Shown here: positions 32,922 to 42,657 of the stretch, piece by piece
Numbering within the stretch: position 1 is the stretch's first letter
How the letters are laid out: each line of letters opens with the position of its first letter
From: an uncultured Clostridia bacterium
Lineage (GTDB): Bacteria; Bacillota; Clostridia; Oscillospirales; Ruminococcaceae
Direction: 5' to 3'
NCBI GenBank assembly: GCA_947625615.1
Contig: CANQPB010000006.1
Coordinates: 22,652 to 86,651 of the forward strand
DNA: 64,000 nt
Made by a program: the position numbers and the translations under genes
The notes under the pieces: generated by a model
Told to the model about the DNA's origin: nothing
Seen by the model: only the letters and a program-made list of their open reading frames with translations
Database searches by the model: none

Positions 32922-34253
32922 ATGAAAATGAAACGCAGACTTTCACTCACCGGCCCGCAGATAATAATTCTCGGGTTTCTGATAGTTATAATAATAGGAA
33001 GCTGTTTACTCTGCCTTCCGTTCGCCACCCGCGACGGCCAAGGCGCGCCCTTTCCCGACGCGCTTTTTACATCGACCTCGGCGGTGTGCGTAACCGGGCT
33101 CGTCGTTCACGACACCGCCTCATACTGGAGCCCCTTCGGCCAGGCGGTGATACTTTTGCTGATTCAGACCGGCGGCATGGGGGTGCTCACCCTTGCGGTG
33201 GCGGTAACCTCATTTTCCGGCAAAAAAATAAGCCTTAAACAGCGCTCGGCCATGCAGGAATCCGTCTCGGCTCATCAGGTCGGCGGGATAGTCAGCTTCA
33301 CCGGCTTTATCCTTAAGATGACCGCGATATTCGAGCTCGCCGGCACGGCGCTTATGCTGCCGGTGTTCATTCCCCGCTTCGGGATCGCAAAGGGGATATG
33401 GTACAGCGTGTTCCACTCGATATCGGCGTTCTGCAACGCCGGCTTCGATCTTATGGGCGCCGAGGCGGAATATTCCTCGCTGACGGCGTTCAGGGCAAAT
33501 CCCGTAATGAACATAGCGGTCATGCTTTTGATAGTCATAGGCGGCATAGGTTTTCTGACCTGGCAGGACATCGGCAAAAACAAGCTGCACTTTAAGCGTT
33601 ACAGAATGCAGACAAAGGTGATTTTAACCACCTCGGCGCTTTTGATAGCAATTCCGGCGCTGCTCTATTTTTGGCTCGAATTCGGGGATATGCCTATCGG
33701 CGAGCGGATATGGGCCTCGCTGTTTCAGTCGGTTACGGCGAGAACCGCCGGATTTAACACCGCCGATCTCACCGCTCTTTCCGGCGCGGGGCTGACGCTT
33801 ATGATAGCCTTGATGCTCGTCGGCGGCTCGCCGGGCTCTACCGCCGGCGGACTTAAGACGACCACCCTTGCGGTAATGCTCTCTACGGCGTTTTCGGTAT
33901 TTAGGCACCGCGGGCAGACCAATTTCTTCGGCCGAAGAATAGACGAGGAGGCCGTAAGACAGGCGGCGAGCATAGTTACGATGTATCTTGCGCTGTTCAT
34001 AGGCGGTGGCTGCGTAATCAGCCGAATAGAGGGCCTACCCCTCAAAGAATGCCTCTTCGAGACGGCCTCGGCTATCGGCACCGTCGGCCTCACGCTTGGC
34101 ATAACGCCGAGCCTCGGCAGCATTTCAAGGGCGATTTTAATAGCCCTCATGTATTTCGGAAGAGTAGGCGGCCTGACGGTAATCTTCGCGGCGGTTTCCT
34201 CAAAGCCCGCCCCGCCGTCCACGCTTCCTCAGGAAAAAATAACCGTCGGTTGA
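32922..34253 (+). CDS. TrkH/KtrB-family potassium uptake membrane subunit
   Basis: 443 aa and polytopic, with repeated selectivity-filter-like TGG/AGF segments (QTGGMG, NAGFD, RTAGFN, GTVGLT). Confidence 0.9.
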   Translation: MKMKRRLSLTGPQIIILGFLIVIIIGSCLLCLPFATRDGQGAPFPDALFTSTSAVCVTGLVVHDTASYWSPFGQAVILLLIQTGGMGVLTLAVAVTSFSGKKISLKQRSAMQESVSAHQVGGIVSFTGFILKMTAIFELAGTALMLPVFIPRFGIAKGIWYSVFHSISAFCNAGFDLMGAEAEYSSLTAFRANPVMNIAVMLLIVIGGIGFLTWQDIGKNKLHFKRYRMQTKVILTTSALLIAIPALLYFWLEFGDMPIGERIWASLFQSVTARTAGFNTADLTALSGAGLTLMIALMLVGGSPGSTAGGLKTTTLAVMLSTAFSVFRHRGQTNFFGRRIDEEAVRQAASIVTMYLALFIGGGCVISRIEGLPLKECLFETASAIGTVGLTLGITPSLGSISRAILIALMYFGRVGGLTVIFAAVSSKPAPPSTLPQEKITVG

Positions 34254-34270
34254 TTCAGGAGGTAATTTAA

Positions 34271-34915
34271 ATGAAATCCGTACTTTTAATAGGCCTCGGA
34301 AGGTTCGGCAGGCATATCGCCGAAAAGCTTAACGAGCTCGGCCACGAGATAATGGCCGTAGACATTAGCGAGGAAAGGGTGAATTCGGCGCTCAACTTCG
34401 TCACCAACGCCCAGATAGGCGACAGCACGAACCGCAGCTTTTTGGAATCTTTGGGGATAAAGAATTTCGACGCCTGCATAGTCGCCATAGGCGACAACTT
34501 CCAGAATTCGCTCGAGACCGCCTCGCTTTTAAAGGAGCTCGGCGCAAAAAGGGTGATCGCGAGGGCGTCGCGTGGGGTGCAGGAAAAATTCCTGCTTCGA
34601 AACGGCGCGGACGAGGTGGTCTACCCCGAAAAGCAGCTCGCCGCATGGACGGCTATCCGCTGCTCCTCCGATCACATAAGGGATTATATCGAGCTTGAGG
34701 GGGACATTGACATCTTCGAGCTGACGGTTCCCGAAGACTGGGCCGGCAAAACGGTGGTTCAGCTCGACATCAGAAAAAAATTCGGCCTGAACATAATAGC
34801 GATGCGCACCGGCGGGGTGCTGAACATGATAACCCCCGACACCGTGATGAGCACTCAGTGCCCTATCCTCGTGATGGGCACACTGAAAGCCGTTCAGAAA
34901 TGCTTTAAAATATAA
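34271..34915 (+). CDS. TrkA/KtrA-family RCK (NAD-binding) regulatory subunit
   Basis: The Rossmann motif is LIGLGRFGRHIA, followed by a TrkA_C domain. It lies 17 nt after trkH. Confidence 0.85.
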   Translation: MKSVLLIGLGRFGRHIAEKLNELGHEIMAVDISEERVNSALNFVTNAQIGDSTNRSFLESLGIKNFDACIVAIGDNFQNSLETASLLKELGAKRVIARASRGVQEKFLLRNGADEVVYPEKQLAAWTAIRCSSDHIRDYIELEGDIDIFELTVPEDWAGKTVVQLDIRKKFGLNIIAMRTGGVLNMITPDTVMSTQCPILVMGTLKAVQKCFKI

Positions 34916-34969
34916 ACAAAAAGGCGGAAGGCCCTGCCATAGGGTCTTCCGCCGAAATTTTACGGGTTA

Positions 34970-36403
34970 TCAGTAGGTAAAGGGCTGCACGGCTTCGTAT
35001 CTTATTCTTATCTCGGGCAGCTCGGTGAGCGTAGAATAGGTGTCGGTGCTGCCGGGGATATCGTTTTCACCGTTTGCCGGCGGGGCGAATATCTTGAGGG
35101 TGAGATCCTTTTCGCCCGAAAGCCTGTTTTCAAAGAACGCAGGCATGAGGTCGACGAATTTCGTGCCGGGGGCCTTATAGAACCAACGGCAGTTGAGCTC
35201 GATCATAAGGTTGTCGTCGCCCTTGAAGTAAAGCTCGCAGAAGACGGGATCGCCCTCGAAGTGAAGCGGCAGCGCAACGCCCTCGGCGTCCTCGGCGCCT
35301 CCCCATCTCAGTTTTACGGGAAGAGTTACCTCTTCGCCGGTTTTCATCTCGGGCATGAACCAGTCGAGGTTGATTATCTCCTTGTATTCTTTGAGCATCG
35401 GCATCTCGATCCCCACCTCGGGGTTGTTGGGATCCTCCCACTCAAGTCCGAGGCGGCCCTGATCGCGGAACTGATAGAACGTGAACGCCGAGAGCCATTC
35501 GGCCTTTTCGTCGGCAAGGCGGTCGCAGAAAGCGCACACCATCTTCGCCTGGTCGTAAGGCCCGGTGACGTCGCCGTCGGTGTTAAGCTCGCTCATAACA
35601 AGCGGCTTGTCCTGGCCGGTAATCTCGCGGTAGCGCTCGTAGGTGGCCTTTGCGGCGTCCCAGACCGGCCCGTTTCCGTTGTAGGTATAGGAATGCCCGC
35701 CCTTTTCGCAGATGTCGTTGGGATAGCCGTAGTGAAGGGTGAAGTATTTGTCAAGCGACCAGATATCGGTCTCCTTGGCAGCCTCAAAGAAGAGATCCTC
35801 CATTTCAAGCTTGCCCTCGGTGTGGCGCTCGACGCAGCCGGCGCATAGAATAGTCTTGACGTTCGGGGCGTGCTCGTGGATTATCTTTGCAAACCTTGTG
35901 AAGAAATCGGCGACTTCCTTGTAGGAGCACCTCTTGTTGAAGCTGAACCAGCTTCCGGTGGCCTCGTGATTTATCCTCATAAGCACGCGGCCGTAGGGCT
36001 TAAGATCCTCGGCTATGGCTATAAGATGATCGTCCGTGACGTGCGGGTCGATCGTGAGGGTGAAGATGACGTCCTGCCCGTGGCGGCGGATATCACGCAT
36101 CTGCTCGAACACCTCCGCCGATTTGTCGCCCAAAAGCCCCCCGCGGTAGGGGAAATAGTCGTCGTAGGGATATCCCCAGGCGTTTGTCTTGTCGGTCGGC
36201 GGAAAAGCCACCGAGGCGCGCTCGGGCCAGCCCTCGTCAAGAGGATAGTAGCAGTACATAAGATTGATGCCGCGGTGGGGTCTGCCGAGCTTGTTGAGGA
36301 TATAATCCTGACTGACATAGCCGCCGCGCTCGCTGCCGTCGCCAAGGTCGACGGCGCACTTTGCCTTGCCCATATGTATGGAATAGATCTTCATGTTGTC
36401 CAT
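34970..36403 (-). CDS. hypothetical protein, possibly a clan-GH-A-like TIM-barrel glycoside hydrolase
   Basis: RINHEATGSW (an NE-type acid/base-like motif) and a later MSELN. The ATG at 36403 follows GGGAGG. I cannot make a family assignment. Confidence 0.35.
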   Translation of the reverse strand: MDNMKIYSIHMGKAKCAVDLGDGSERGGYVSQDYILNKLGRPHRGINLMYCYYPLDEGWPERASVAFPPTDKTNAWGYPYDDYFPYRGGLLGDKSAEVFEQMRDIRRHGQDVIFTLTIDPHVTDDHLIAIAEDLKPYGRVLMRINHEATGSWFSFNKRCSYKEVADFFTRFAKIIHEHAPNVKTILCAGCVERHTEGKLEMEDLFFEAAKETDIWSLDKYFTLHYGYPNDICEKGGHSYTYNGNGPVWDAAKATYERYREITGQDKPLVMSELNTDGDVTGPYDQAKMVCAFCDRLADEKAEWLSAFTFYQFRDQGRLGLEWEDPNNPEVGIEMPMLKEYKEIINLDWFMPEMKTGEEVTLPVKLRWGGAEDAEGVALPLHFEGDPVFCELYFKGDDNLMIELNCRWFYKAPGTKFVDLMPAFFENRLSGEKDLTLKIFAPPANGENDIPGSTDTYSTLTELPEIRIRYEAVQPFTY

Positions 36404-36708
36404 AGTAACCTCCCGAATATTGATTTGATTCAATGATAAATGATGTTTCGGGATTTGTCAATAACTATTCCGCAAATTTGCGAAAAATGAGGCCGCGCCG
36501 TCGCAAAAGGGTTATATTTTGCCTTAATTTTCCTGCCTGGCGGCATGTTCCGACCGCTAACCCCCTCAACGGTTCCTGATTTTTGCACGAAAATCGGCCC
36601 GAGATTTGCAGGTTTTTGACTGATTCGGAGAATATGTCAAAACCTATTGAAAACCCGGCCGCAAAGGAGTAAGATTATCTTCGCACAATTTTATTCGGAA
36701 GTGATCTT

Positions 36709-38124
36709 TTGAAAATTCCATCTCTGCGCCGCTCCTCGAACACCATCGACATGACCTCGGGCGCAATTTTGCCAAACATAGTGCGCTTCACACTGCCGCT
36801 TCTTTTAACCGGCACCCTGCAGCTTCTTTACAACGCCGCCGACATCGTTGTCGTCGGAAGATACGGAAGCGACAATGCTCTTGCCGCCGTAAGCTCTACC
36901 GGCTCGCTGATAAACCTCATAGTAAACGTGTTCATGGGGCTTTCCATAGGCGCTTCGGTGCTTGTGGCGCAATATTTCGGCGCGGGCAGCCGCAAGGACG
37001 TCTCGGAAGCCGTGCACACCTCTATGGCGGTGGCGATAATAAGCGGCGTCGCGGTTGGGCTGTTCGGCTTTTTCGCCTCCCGCGGAATGCTTGAGCTGAT
37101 GGATTCGCCGGAGGACGTTATAGACCTCTCGGCGCTGTATGTAAAAATATACTTCATCGGCGCACCCGCAAACATGATATATAACTTCGGCGCGGCTATT
37201 CTGCGCGCGGTAGGCGACACCAAGCGCCCGCTCTATTACCTGATGTTCTCCGGCGTCGTGAACGTCATACTGAACCTGATACTCGTCATCATTTTCCACC
37301 TTGACGTGGCAGGCGTCGCGCTGGCCACGATAATCTCGCAGCTTATTTCGGCGGTGCTCATCGTTATCTGCCTTATGCACACCGACGGCGACGTACGGCT
37401 TTACATTAAAAAGATAAAGATACACTGGGCAAAGCTCGGAAAGATAGCCGCAGTCGGGCTTCCCGCCGGAATTCAGGGCTCTATCTTCTCAATCTCGAAC
37501 GTAATTATTCAAAGCTCGATAAACGCCTTCGGCCCGGCGGTTATGGGCGGAAACGGCGCCGCCGCAAACATCGAGGGATTTATCTACAATGCCATGAACT
37601 CGCTCTATCAGGCGGCGATAACCTTTACCGGCCAGAACTACGGCGCCAAAGACTTCAAGCGCATTAAAAAGGCGGCCTTTGAATGCCTGGCGCTGGTGTT
37701 CGGCGTGGGCTTCGGGCTGGGGGTTTTGGCAAAGATATTCGGTACGCAGCTCCTCGGGATATACACCCAGAAGCCGGACGAGATCGCCGCGGGGCTTGTA
37801 AGAATGAACGTCATCTGCCTAACATATTTCACCTGCGGAATGATGGACGTAATGGTCGGTCTTCTCAGGGGAATAGGGCGCTCGCTTATCCCGACGATAG
37901 ATTCGATAATCTGCGTCTGCGGAATAAGAATTGTCTGGATATACACCGTATTTGCAAGCTATAAGGCGAGCGGCGCCGCCGACTTCGATTCGCTGCGCAT
38001 GCTTTACATATCCTACCCGGTAAGCTGGGTGATGGCCTTTGCGGTGCATGTCTTCTGCTTTATTATCTTCTACAGAATAGCCAAAAAGAGGGCGCTCGCG
38101 GAAGTCCCGAACACGCCCGAGTGA
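36709..38124 (+). CDS. MATE-family efflux transporter
   Basis: It has 12-TM character and an N-terminal IVRFTLPLLLTGTLQLLYNAADIVVVGR. The start is uncertain (TTG at 36709 or ATG at 36751). Confidence 0.85.
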   Translation: MKIPSLRRSSNTIDMTSGAILPNIVRFTLPLLLTGTLQLLYNAADIVVVGRYGSDNALAAVSSTGSLINLIVNVFMGLSIGASVLVAQYFGAGSRKDVSEAVHTSMAVAIISGVAVGLFGFFASRGMLELMDSPEDVIDLSALYVKIYFIGAPANMIYNFGAAILRAVGDTKRPLYYLMFSGVVNVILNLILVIIFHLDVAGVALATIISQLISAVLIVICLMHTDGDVRLYIKKIKIHWAKLGKIAAVGLPAGIQGSIFSISNVIIQSSINAFGPAVMGGNGAAANIEGFIYNAMNSLYQAAITFTGQNYGAKDFKRIKKAAFECLALVFGVGFGLGVLAKIFGTQLLGIYTQKPDEIAAGLVRMNVICLTYFTCGMMDVMVGLLRGIGRSLIPTIDSIICVCGIRIVWIYTVFASYKASGAADFDSLRMLYISYPVSWVMAFAVHVFCFIIFYRIAKKRALAEVPNTPE

Positions 38125-38148
38125 TATCCTGCAAGGGAGGGAGCCCCG

Positions 38149-38811
38149 TTGAATCCTGACGGAAAGACAAAATATACCCAGCCCGAGGTCTCGGATCCGA
38201 GCGGCCACCGCGCAAGATTGCGGAACCGCTATATTGAGGCCGGGGGATTTTCGGGCTTCACGCAGGAGCAGATACTTGAAATGCTCCTGTTTTTTGTGAT
38301 AGAACGGCAGGACACCCACAAAACCGCAAAGCGGATACTCGACAGATTCGGGACGGTATACGCGGCCGTAACCGCGCCGGAATCGGAGCTTGCCTCGGTG
38401 GAGGGGGTCGGCGAGACGGCGGCGGGATTTTTAAAATCGCTGTTTTGGGTGTATCAGATGTACGGCAGCCGGCCGGAGAGAATTGCGGCAAACCTTGAAA
38501 GCGATTTTGAGGTGAAGATCTGCTCCGAGAGATTTTTGGAGGACGCCGGCGAAGACGCCATTCTCTGCCTCGGCACCGTCGGCGGGGGATACGCTATATG
38601 CAGCCTTGACGGCGAAAATCCGTATTCGGAGGCCGCAAAAAAGGCCAAGGAGGCCGGCATAAACGAATGCGCGGCGGTGATACGCCTGCGTTCGCGCGGG
38701 CAGGAAAATTCCGAAATTCCGGCGGGCGAGATAAAATCGGCGTTTCGCGAGCAGGGAATAAAGCTTTCGGCGCTATATCTTCTTTCGGGCGGAAACCTTA
38801 CGCATCTTTAA
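38149..38811 (+). CDS. RadC-like protein with a degenerate JAB/MPN domain
   Basis: The N-terminus GHRARLRNRYIE...LEMLLFF...LDRFG...ELASVEGVGETAA is RadC-like. The expected HNHPSG and DH motifs are replaced (RLRSRG, LY). Confidence 0.55.
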   Translation: MNPDGKTKYTQPEVSDPSGHRARLRNRYIEAGGFSGFTQEQILEMLLFFVIERQDTHKTAKRILDRFGTVYAAVTAPESELASVEGVGETAAGFLKSLFWVYQMYGSRPERIAANLESDFEVKICSERFLEDAGEDAILCLGTVGGGYAICSLDGENPYSEAAKKAKEAGINECAAVIRLRSRGQENSEIPAGEIKSAFREQGIKLSALYLLSGGNLTHL

Positions 38812-38960
38812 AGGCAAAAAGCAAATATCAAAAAAGTCCCCGCCCGGAAGACCCGGACGGGGGTGAAACGTATTTGGAGAATTGTCAGAAGGCTGACCTT
38901 AGTTCTCACATATAATACGCGCGGGAGGGGCAAAATATTGCACCCTCCCGAAAAATTTTT

Positions 38961-39458
38961 TTACCCGGTGACAAGGCGCATGAATTTCGTGTTCTTTTCG
39001 AGCGCCTTGAAAAGTATCACCCCGACAACCGACACGCAGACAAACTCCCCCGCGGCGACCTCTGCGGCATTGAGCCAGAATGGCGTCTTAAAGCTCAGCG
39101 TGAGCTCTATACCGACGATTACGGCGTTTGTGAGCACCGGCGCCAGCGAGGCTATGTAAAGATTCGGGCTTACATAGATCAAAAGCACCGCCATAGCTGT
39201 GGCCAGCGTTCCGAAAATCATATCCATGAGCATCATAGGGCTGAAAATGTTTGCGACAAAGCAGCCGATTATCATAGATATGCCGTAATCCTTTCTGTAG
39301 AAGCAAAGAAGCATAAGCGCTTCGGCCACCCGAAACTGAATGCTGCCGTAGGACATGAAGCCGAGGGCGTAGGTTAAAACGACGTAGACGGCCGCGACGG
39401 CGGCAAGCTTTGCGATTCTTGCAGGTGTGATTTTCGGACTGATTCTTTTTTCGGACAT
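38961..39458 (-). CDS. queT: QueT-family queuosine-precursor transporter
   Basis: 165 aa and polytopic (..IQFRVAEALMLL..; ..LAPVLTNAVIVGIEL..). A preQ1-type riboswitch-like leader lies directly upstream. Confidence 0.7.
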   Translation of the reverse strand: MSEKRISPKITPARIAKLAAVAAVYVVLTYALGFMSYGSIQFRVAEALMLLCFYRKDYGISMIIGCFVANIFSPMMLMDMIFGTLATAMAVLLIYVSPNLYIASLAPVLTNAVIVGIELTLSFKTPFWLNAAEVAAGEFVCVSVVGVILFKALEKNTKFMRLVTG

Positions 39459-39465
39459 ATTAAAT

Positions 39466-39515
39466 TACCCCTTGTTTTTTTATTCGGGGTGGTTATCAAG
39501 GAACACCCCGCAGGA
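39466..39515 (-). ncRNA. preQ1-I-like riboswitch (H-type pseudoknot) in the queT leader
   Basis: Read on the minus strand: P1 CGGGGUG/CACCCCG (39504-39510 / 39485-39491). The loop is UUCCUUGAUAAC. An A-rich tail AAUAAAAAAACAAGGGG follows, whose CAAGG (39470-39474) pairs with loop CCUUG (39497-39501) and covers the SD. The promoter is TTGACA (39542-39547)-17 nt-TATATT (39519-39524). Confidence 0.6.
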
Positions 39516-39583
39516 GATAATATATCACGTTCGAACGGATATGTCAAGAAAAATTGTGGCGGTCACCCTTTTCGGACAAAAGC

Positions 39584-39629
39584 AAAAGTTTTCGCCGGTC
39601 TATTTAAGAAGACCGGCGAAAACTTTTTT
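39584..39629. terminator. bidirectional intrinsic terminator (complete palindromic form of the family-A terminal motif)
   Basis: AAAAGTTTTCGCCGGTCT-ATTTAAG-AAGACCGGCGAAAACTTTTTT. Confidence 0.7.
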
Positions 39630-39651
39630 ATTCCGCAATCTGCGCCAACCC

Positions 39652-40563
39652 CTATTTCATCGGCTCGATATAGCCGACGGGGTCTATCCACTGATTCTGA
39701 TATTTCAGCGCGAAGTGAAGATGCGGCCCGAGGTCGGATTCGATGTCGGCGGTGTTGCCCACCTTGCCGATGACCTCTCCGGCGTTAAGCCTGTCCCCCA
39801 CGCTCACCAAAACGTCGTCGGAAAGGCCGAAATAGCAGCCGCTGAGGGTGTTGCCGTGGTCGACGATGACGCAGTTGCCCCAAAGCGGATCGCTGTATAT
39901 CTCGGAGACGGTGCCGGAGGTCATCGCCTTTACGCCGTCTCCCTCGGCGGCGGCGATATCCACGCCGTCATGGGTGCGCCATACCCCGCCGGAGGACTTT
40001 ACAAGCTCGCCGCCGGAATATTCGGTTATCACCTCGCCGTTTATCGGCATCATCACGGCTTCCTTATAGTAAAGCGCCTCGAGCTCGCCGCTGATGTCCA
40101 AAAGGGCTTCGTCGCTGTTCTGCTGCGTGGGGCTGCTTATCTCGGGCATTTCGGGCATCGCGCCCTGATTATCCGCGGGGGTCTGAGGGGCGCCCGCTGC
40201 TCCTGCATTTGCCCCGTTCGGCGTGTTTTGATTGCCGCCCTCGCCCTGCTGTGAAGCGGCGCCGGCGTTCTCGGCGCTCTGCGGGGTCTGCAAAGCGTTC
40301 TGATTCTGCGCCGCGGCGTTTTGGGACTGATTTTCGCCCGACTGATCCCCTGCCGTCTTCCGGACGTCCGGCACTACGGCGTCGACGGCGGAATAGTCGA
40401 GCTCGGGCAGGTTTGGGCCGCTGTCCGGCGAGATCACCCCGCGGATCGTTGATCCCACCGCCGAGCGGTAACCGACATATGCGGCCGCGCCAACCGCCAT
40501 GATTCCTGCGCAGAGCGTTGCGTAAAGCGCTCCTCTGTGATGTGTAAACTTAACCTTTTTCAT
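39652..40563 (-). CDS. M23-family peptidoglycan metalloendopeptidase
   Basis: HDGVDIAA...GNCVIVDHG...GPHLHFAL motifs, an N-terminal TM and a low-complexity Q/N/A linker. The ATG at 40563 follows GGAGG. Confidence 0.85.
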   Translation of the reverse strand: MKKVKFTHHRGALYATLCAGIMAVGAAAYVGYRSAVGSTIRGVISPDSGPNLPELDYSAVDAVVPDVRKTAGDQSGENQSQNAAAQNQNALQTPQSAENAGAASQQGEGGNQNTPNGANAGAAGAPQTPADNQGAMPEMPEISSPTQQNSDEALLDISGELEALYYKEAVMMPINGEVITEYSGGELVKSSGGVWRTHDGVDIAAAEGDGVKAMTSGTVSEIYSDPLWGNCVIVDHGNTLSGCYFGLSDDVLVSVGDRLNAGEVIGKVGNTADIESDLGPHLHFALKYQNQWIDPVGYIEPMK

Positions 40564-40729
40564 AGCTACCTCCAAAATTCGGTTAATTGCCTGATTGCCA
40601 ACAGTCTTGCTGTTCAAGTTAAGTATTAGCAGGAATTTGGAATTTATACATTCGAAAGGCCGTGTTCCGGGGAGATTAGGGCAAAAAAATGCAGCGCAAA
40701 AAAGCGCTGCGAAAATCTGTGCGTCACTG

Positions 40730-41584
40730 TCAGAATATCAGCTCGATTATCAGGCCGCTTAGGGCTCCCACCAAATACAGCAGAGCGGTGATGGAGATAT
40801 TCTCCTTTAAGCCCTTGTTTGTCTTAAAGAGCACCGCAAGGCCCATTCCCGCGCCGGTGGAGAGCCCGGCTATCACCGAGCCGAAGCTAAGGCTTCCCGC
40901 CGCGTAAAGATTTGTCAGCACCACCGAAGCGGCGCAATTCGGTATGAGGCCGATGAGCGCGGTGACAAAGGGCTGGACGGGGCTGTCGGCAAGCAGAAAG
41001 CCGTTTATGGCGTCCTCCCCCAAAAGCGCTATCGCAAGCCCCATGGCGAGGGATACCGCGAAGACGAAGAGGGTGATCCTTGCGGTGTGCACGGCGGCCG
41101 AGCGGACTATTCCGTGCTCCTCGCAGCCGCAGTCCTCGCACAGATCGCGGTAGGGCTCCTGCTGGGTGTTTCTTTTAAGGCGTATCAGCCTGATTATGAG
41201 GTCGGTGAGGATACCCGCGGATATGGCTATGACGAGCTTTGCGCCTATGAGAGGGAGTATTCTCTTGGCGGCGGAGGGGTCTGACAGCAGAATGGGCACG
41301 GCTTCATCTGAGGTGGCCAGAAAGACGGCAAGAAGGGTGCCGAGGCTTATAAGCCGGCCGGAATAGAGATTTGCCGCCGCGACGGAAAAGCCGCACTGCG
41401 GCAGGCAGCCTATCGCGGCGCCGCCTATCGGGCCGAAGGGGCCCATTTTTCTCAGCGCCTCGGGGAGCCTGTCCGAGGCCTTATGCTCGAGATATTCTAT
41501 TAGAAGGTAGACGCCGAACAAAAACGGCAGCATCTTCGCCGTGTCTTTGAGGGTGTCCAGAAGAACATCTAAAAACAGTTTCAT
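40730..41584 (-). CDS. ArsP_2-like putative 10-TM metal(loid) permease
   Basis: MKLFLDVLLDTLKDT...GCLPQCGFS...IPNCAASV paired Cys motifs. 284 aa and polytopic. Confidence 0.55.
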   Translation of the reverse strand: MKLFLDVLLDTLKDTAKMLPFLFGVYLLIEYLEHKASDRLPEALRKMGPFGPIGGAAIGCLPQCGFSVAAANLYSGRLISLGTLLAVFLATSDEAVPILLSDPSAAKRILPLIGAKLVIAISAGILTDLIIRLIRLKRNTQQEPYRDLCEDCGCEEHGIVRSAAVHTARITLFVFAVSLAMGLAIALLGEDAINGFLLADSPVQPFVTALIGLIPNCAASVVLTNLYAAGSLSFGSVIAGLSTGAGMGLAVLFKTNKGLKENISITALLYLVGALSGLIIELIF

Positions 41585-41656
41585 AAAATTTTCCTTTCCA
41601 TGCGATTCTTATATTATAATGCGTTTTTTTGCGTTAGTCAAGGGCGACGCCAAAAG

Positions 41657-41780
41657 ATGTGGCCTGAAGGCCACATCAAGAAAACAGATGTCCGAAGTCA
41701 GATATCAGAATATCAAGGTATCGCCTGCGGCAATATATCTGAATATTTCTAATAATGCGTGCAAAATGGACGCTCCCGGC
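41657..41780 (-). repeat. family-B element, copy B3 (inverted orientation)
   Basis: The reverse complement reads GGGAGCGTCCATTTTGCACGCATTATTAG...GCCGCAGGCGATACCTTGATA plus five 7-nt units, then CTTGATGTGGCC..GGCCACAT. Confidence 0.7.
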
Positions 41781-41874
41781 TCTGATTCAAGTTGATTTTA
41801 TCAAAAAGGTGTGCTATACTGTATGCAGCCGTCGGCGGCGCCCGGGGAAAATATCGCGAAAAATCCCGGCCCGC

Positions 41875-41975
41875 GGGCGAAGCCCTGCGCGCCCTGCGGG
41901 CGCGCACCCCCGTAGGGCGGGCAAGGCCCGCCCTACGGGGCCGCCGCCGCGAAGCGGCGGCGGGGGGCTTCGCCC
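41875..41975 (+). ncRNA. family-C GC-rich multi-hairpin (cloverleaf-like) element, copy C1, in the maf leader
   Basis: The outer stem GGGCGAAGCCC (41875-41885) / GGGCTTCGCCC (41965-41975) encloses three hairpins. It has the same topology as copy C2 but with different stem sequences. Confidence 0.4.
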
Positions 41976-42054
41976 AACCCGCAAATACCCGCCCAAGCCC
42001 CGCAAGGCTGCGCCGCCGACAACCCGCAAGCCTTCATGAAAGGAAAGACCGACA

Positions 42055-42657
42055 ATGTTTGAAAATACCCGAGTTATCCTCGCCTCTCAGTCGGCGCGCC
42101 GCCGCGAGCTGATGAGCTACCTCTTCGACAGCTTCGAGATCATTCCCTCAGGGGCCGACGAAACTCCGCCCGAAAATATCCCGCCCGAGAATATCCCCGA
42201 GGTGCTCGCGGTCAGAAAAGCGATGTATGTCGCCGAAAGCTGCCCCGAAGCGCTTGTCATAGGCTGCGACACCGTTGTCGTCCTCGACGGCGTGATATTC
42301 GGCAAGCCCAAAAGCACCGACGAGGCATTTTCGATGCTTAAAACTCTTTCGGGGAACACCCACACCGTCGTCAGCGGGGTGTGCCTTTGCTGCCGCAAAA
42401 AAACAATGTCCTTTACTCAGAAGACCCTCGTGACGTTCTATCCGCTGAGCGATGAGGATATAAAAGCATACATAAGCGAAAGCTCCCCTCTTGACAAGGC
42501 GGGCTCCTACGGAATTCAGGACAGGGGCGGGCTTTTCGTTGAGAAAATCAACGGCGACCACTATAACGTCATCGGCTTACCGATAGCAAGGATAAAAAAC
42601 GAGCTGAGGCGGTTTGAAAAAATTCTTGAAGGAGGCCGAAGCCATGCCGAAGTATGA
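42055..42657 (+). CDS. maf: Maf-family nucleoside-triphosphate pyrophosphatase
   Basis: VILASQSARRRELM...GCDTVV...KAGSYGIQ motifs. It contains a 15-nt tandem duplication (PPENIPPENIP). Confidence 0.85.
   Translation: MFENTRVILASQSARRRELMSYLFDSFEIIPSGADETPPENIPPENIPEVLAVRKAMYVAESCPEALVIGCDTVVVLDGVIFGKPKSTDEAFSMLKTLSGNTHTVVSGVCLCCRKKTMSFTQKTLVTFYPLSDEDIKAYISESSPLDKAGSYGIQDRGGLFVEKINGDHYNVIGLPIARIKNELRRFEKILEGGRSHAEV

Noticed and set aside
42166-42195. A tandem 15-nt duplication in maf (CCGCCCGAAAATATC CCGCCCGAGAATATC, giving PPENIPPENIP).
   Set aside because: It is a small in-frame slippage duplication in a loop-like region and is of negligible interest on its own.
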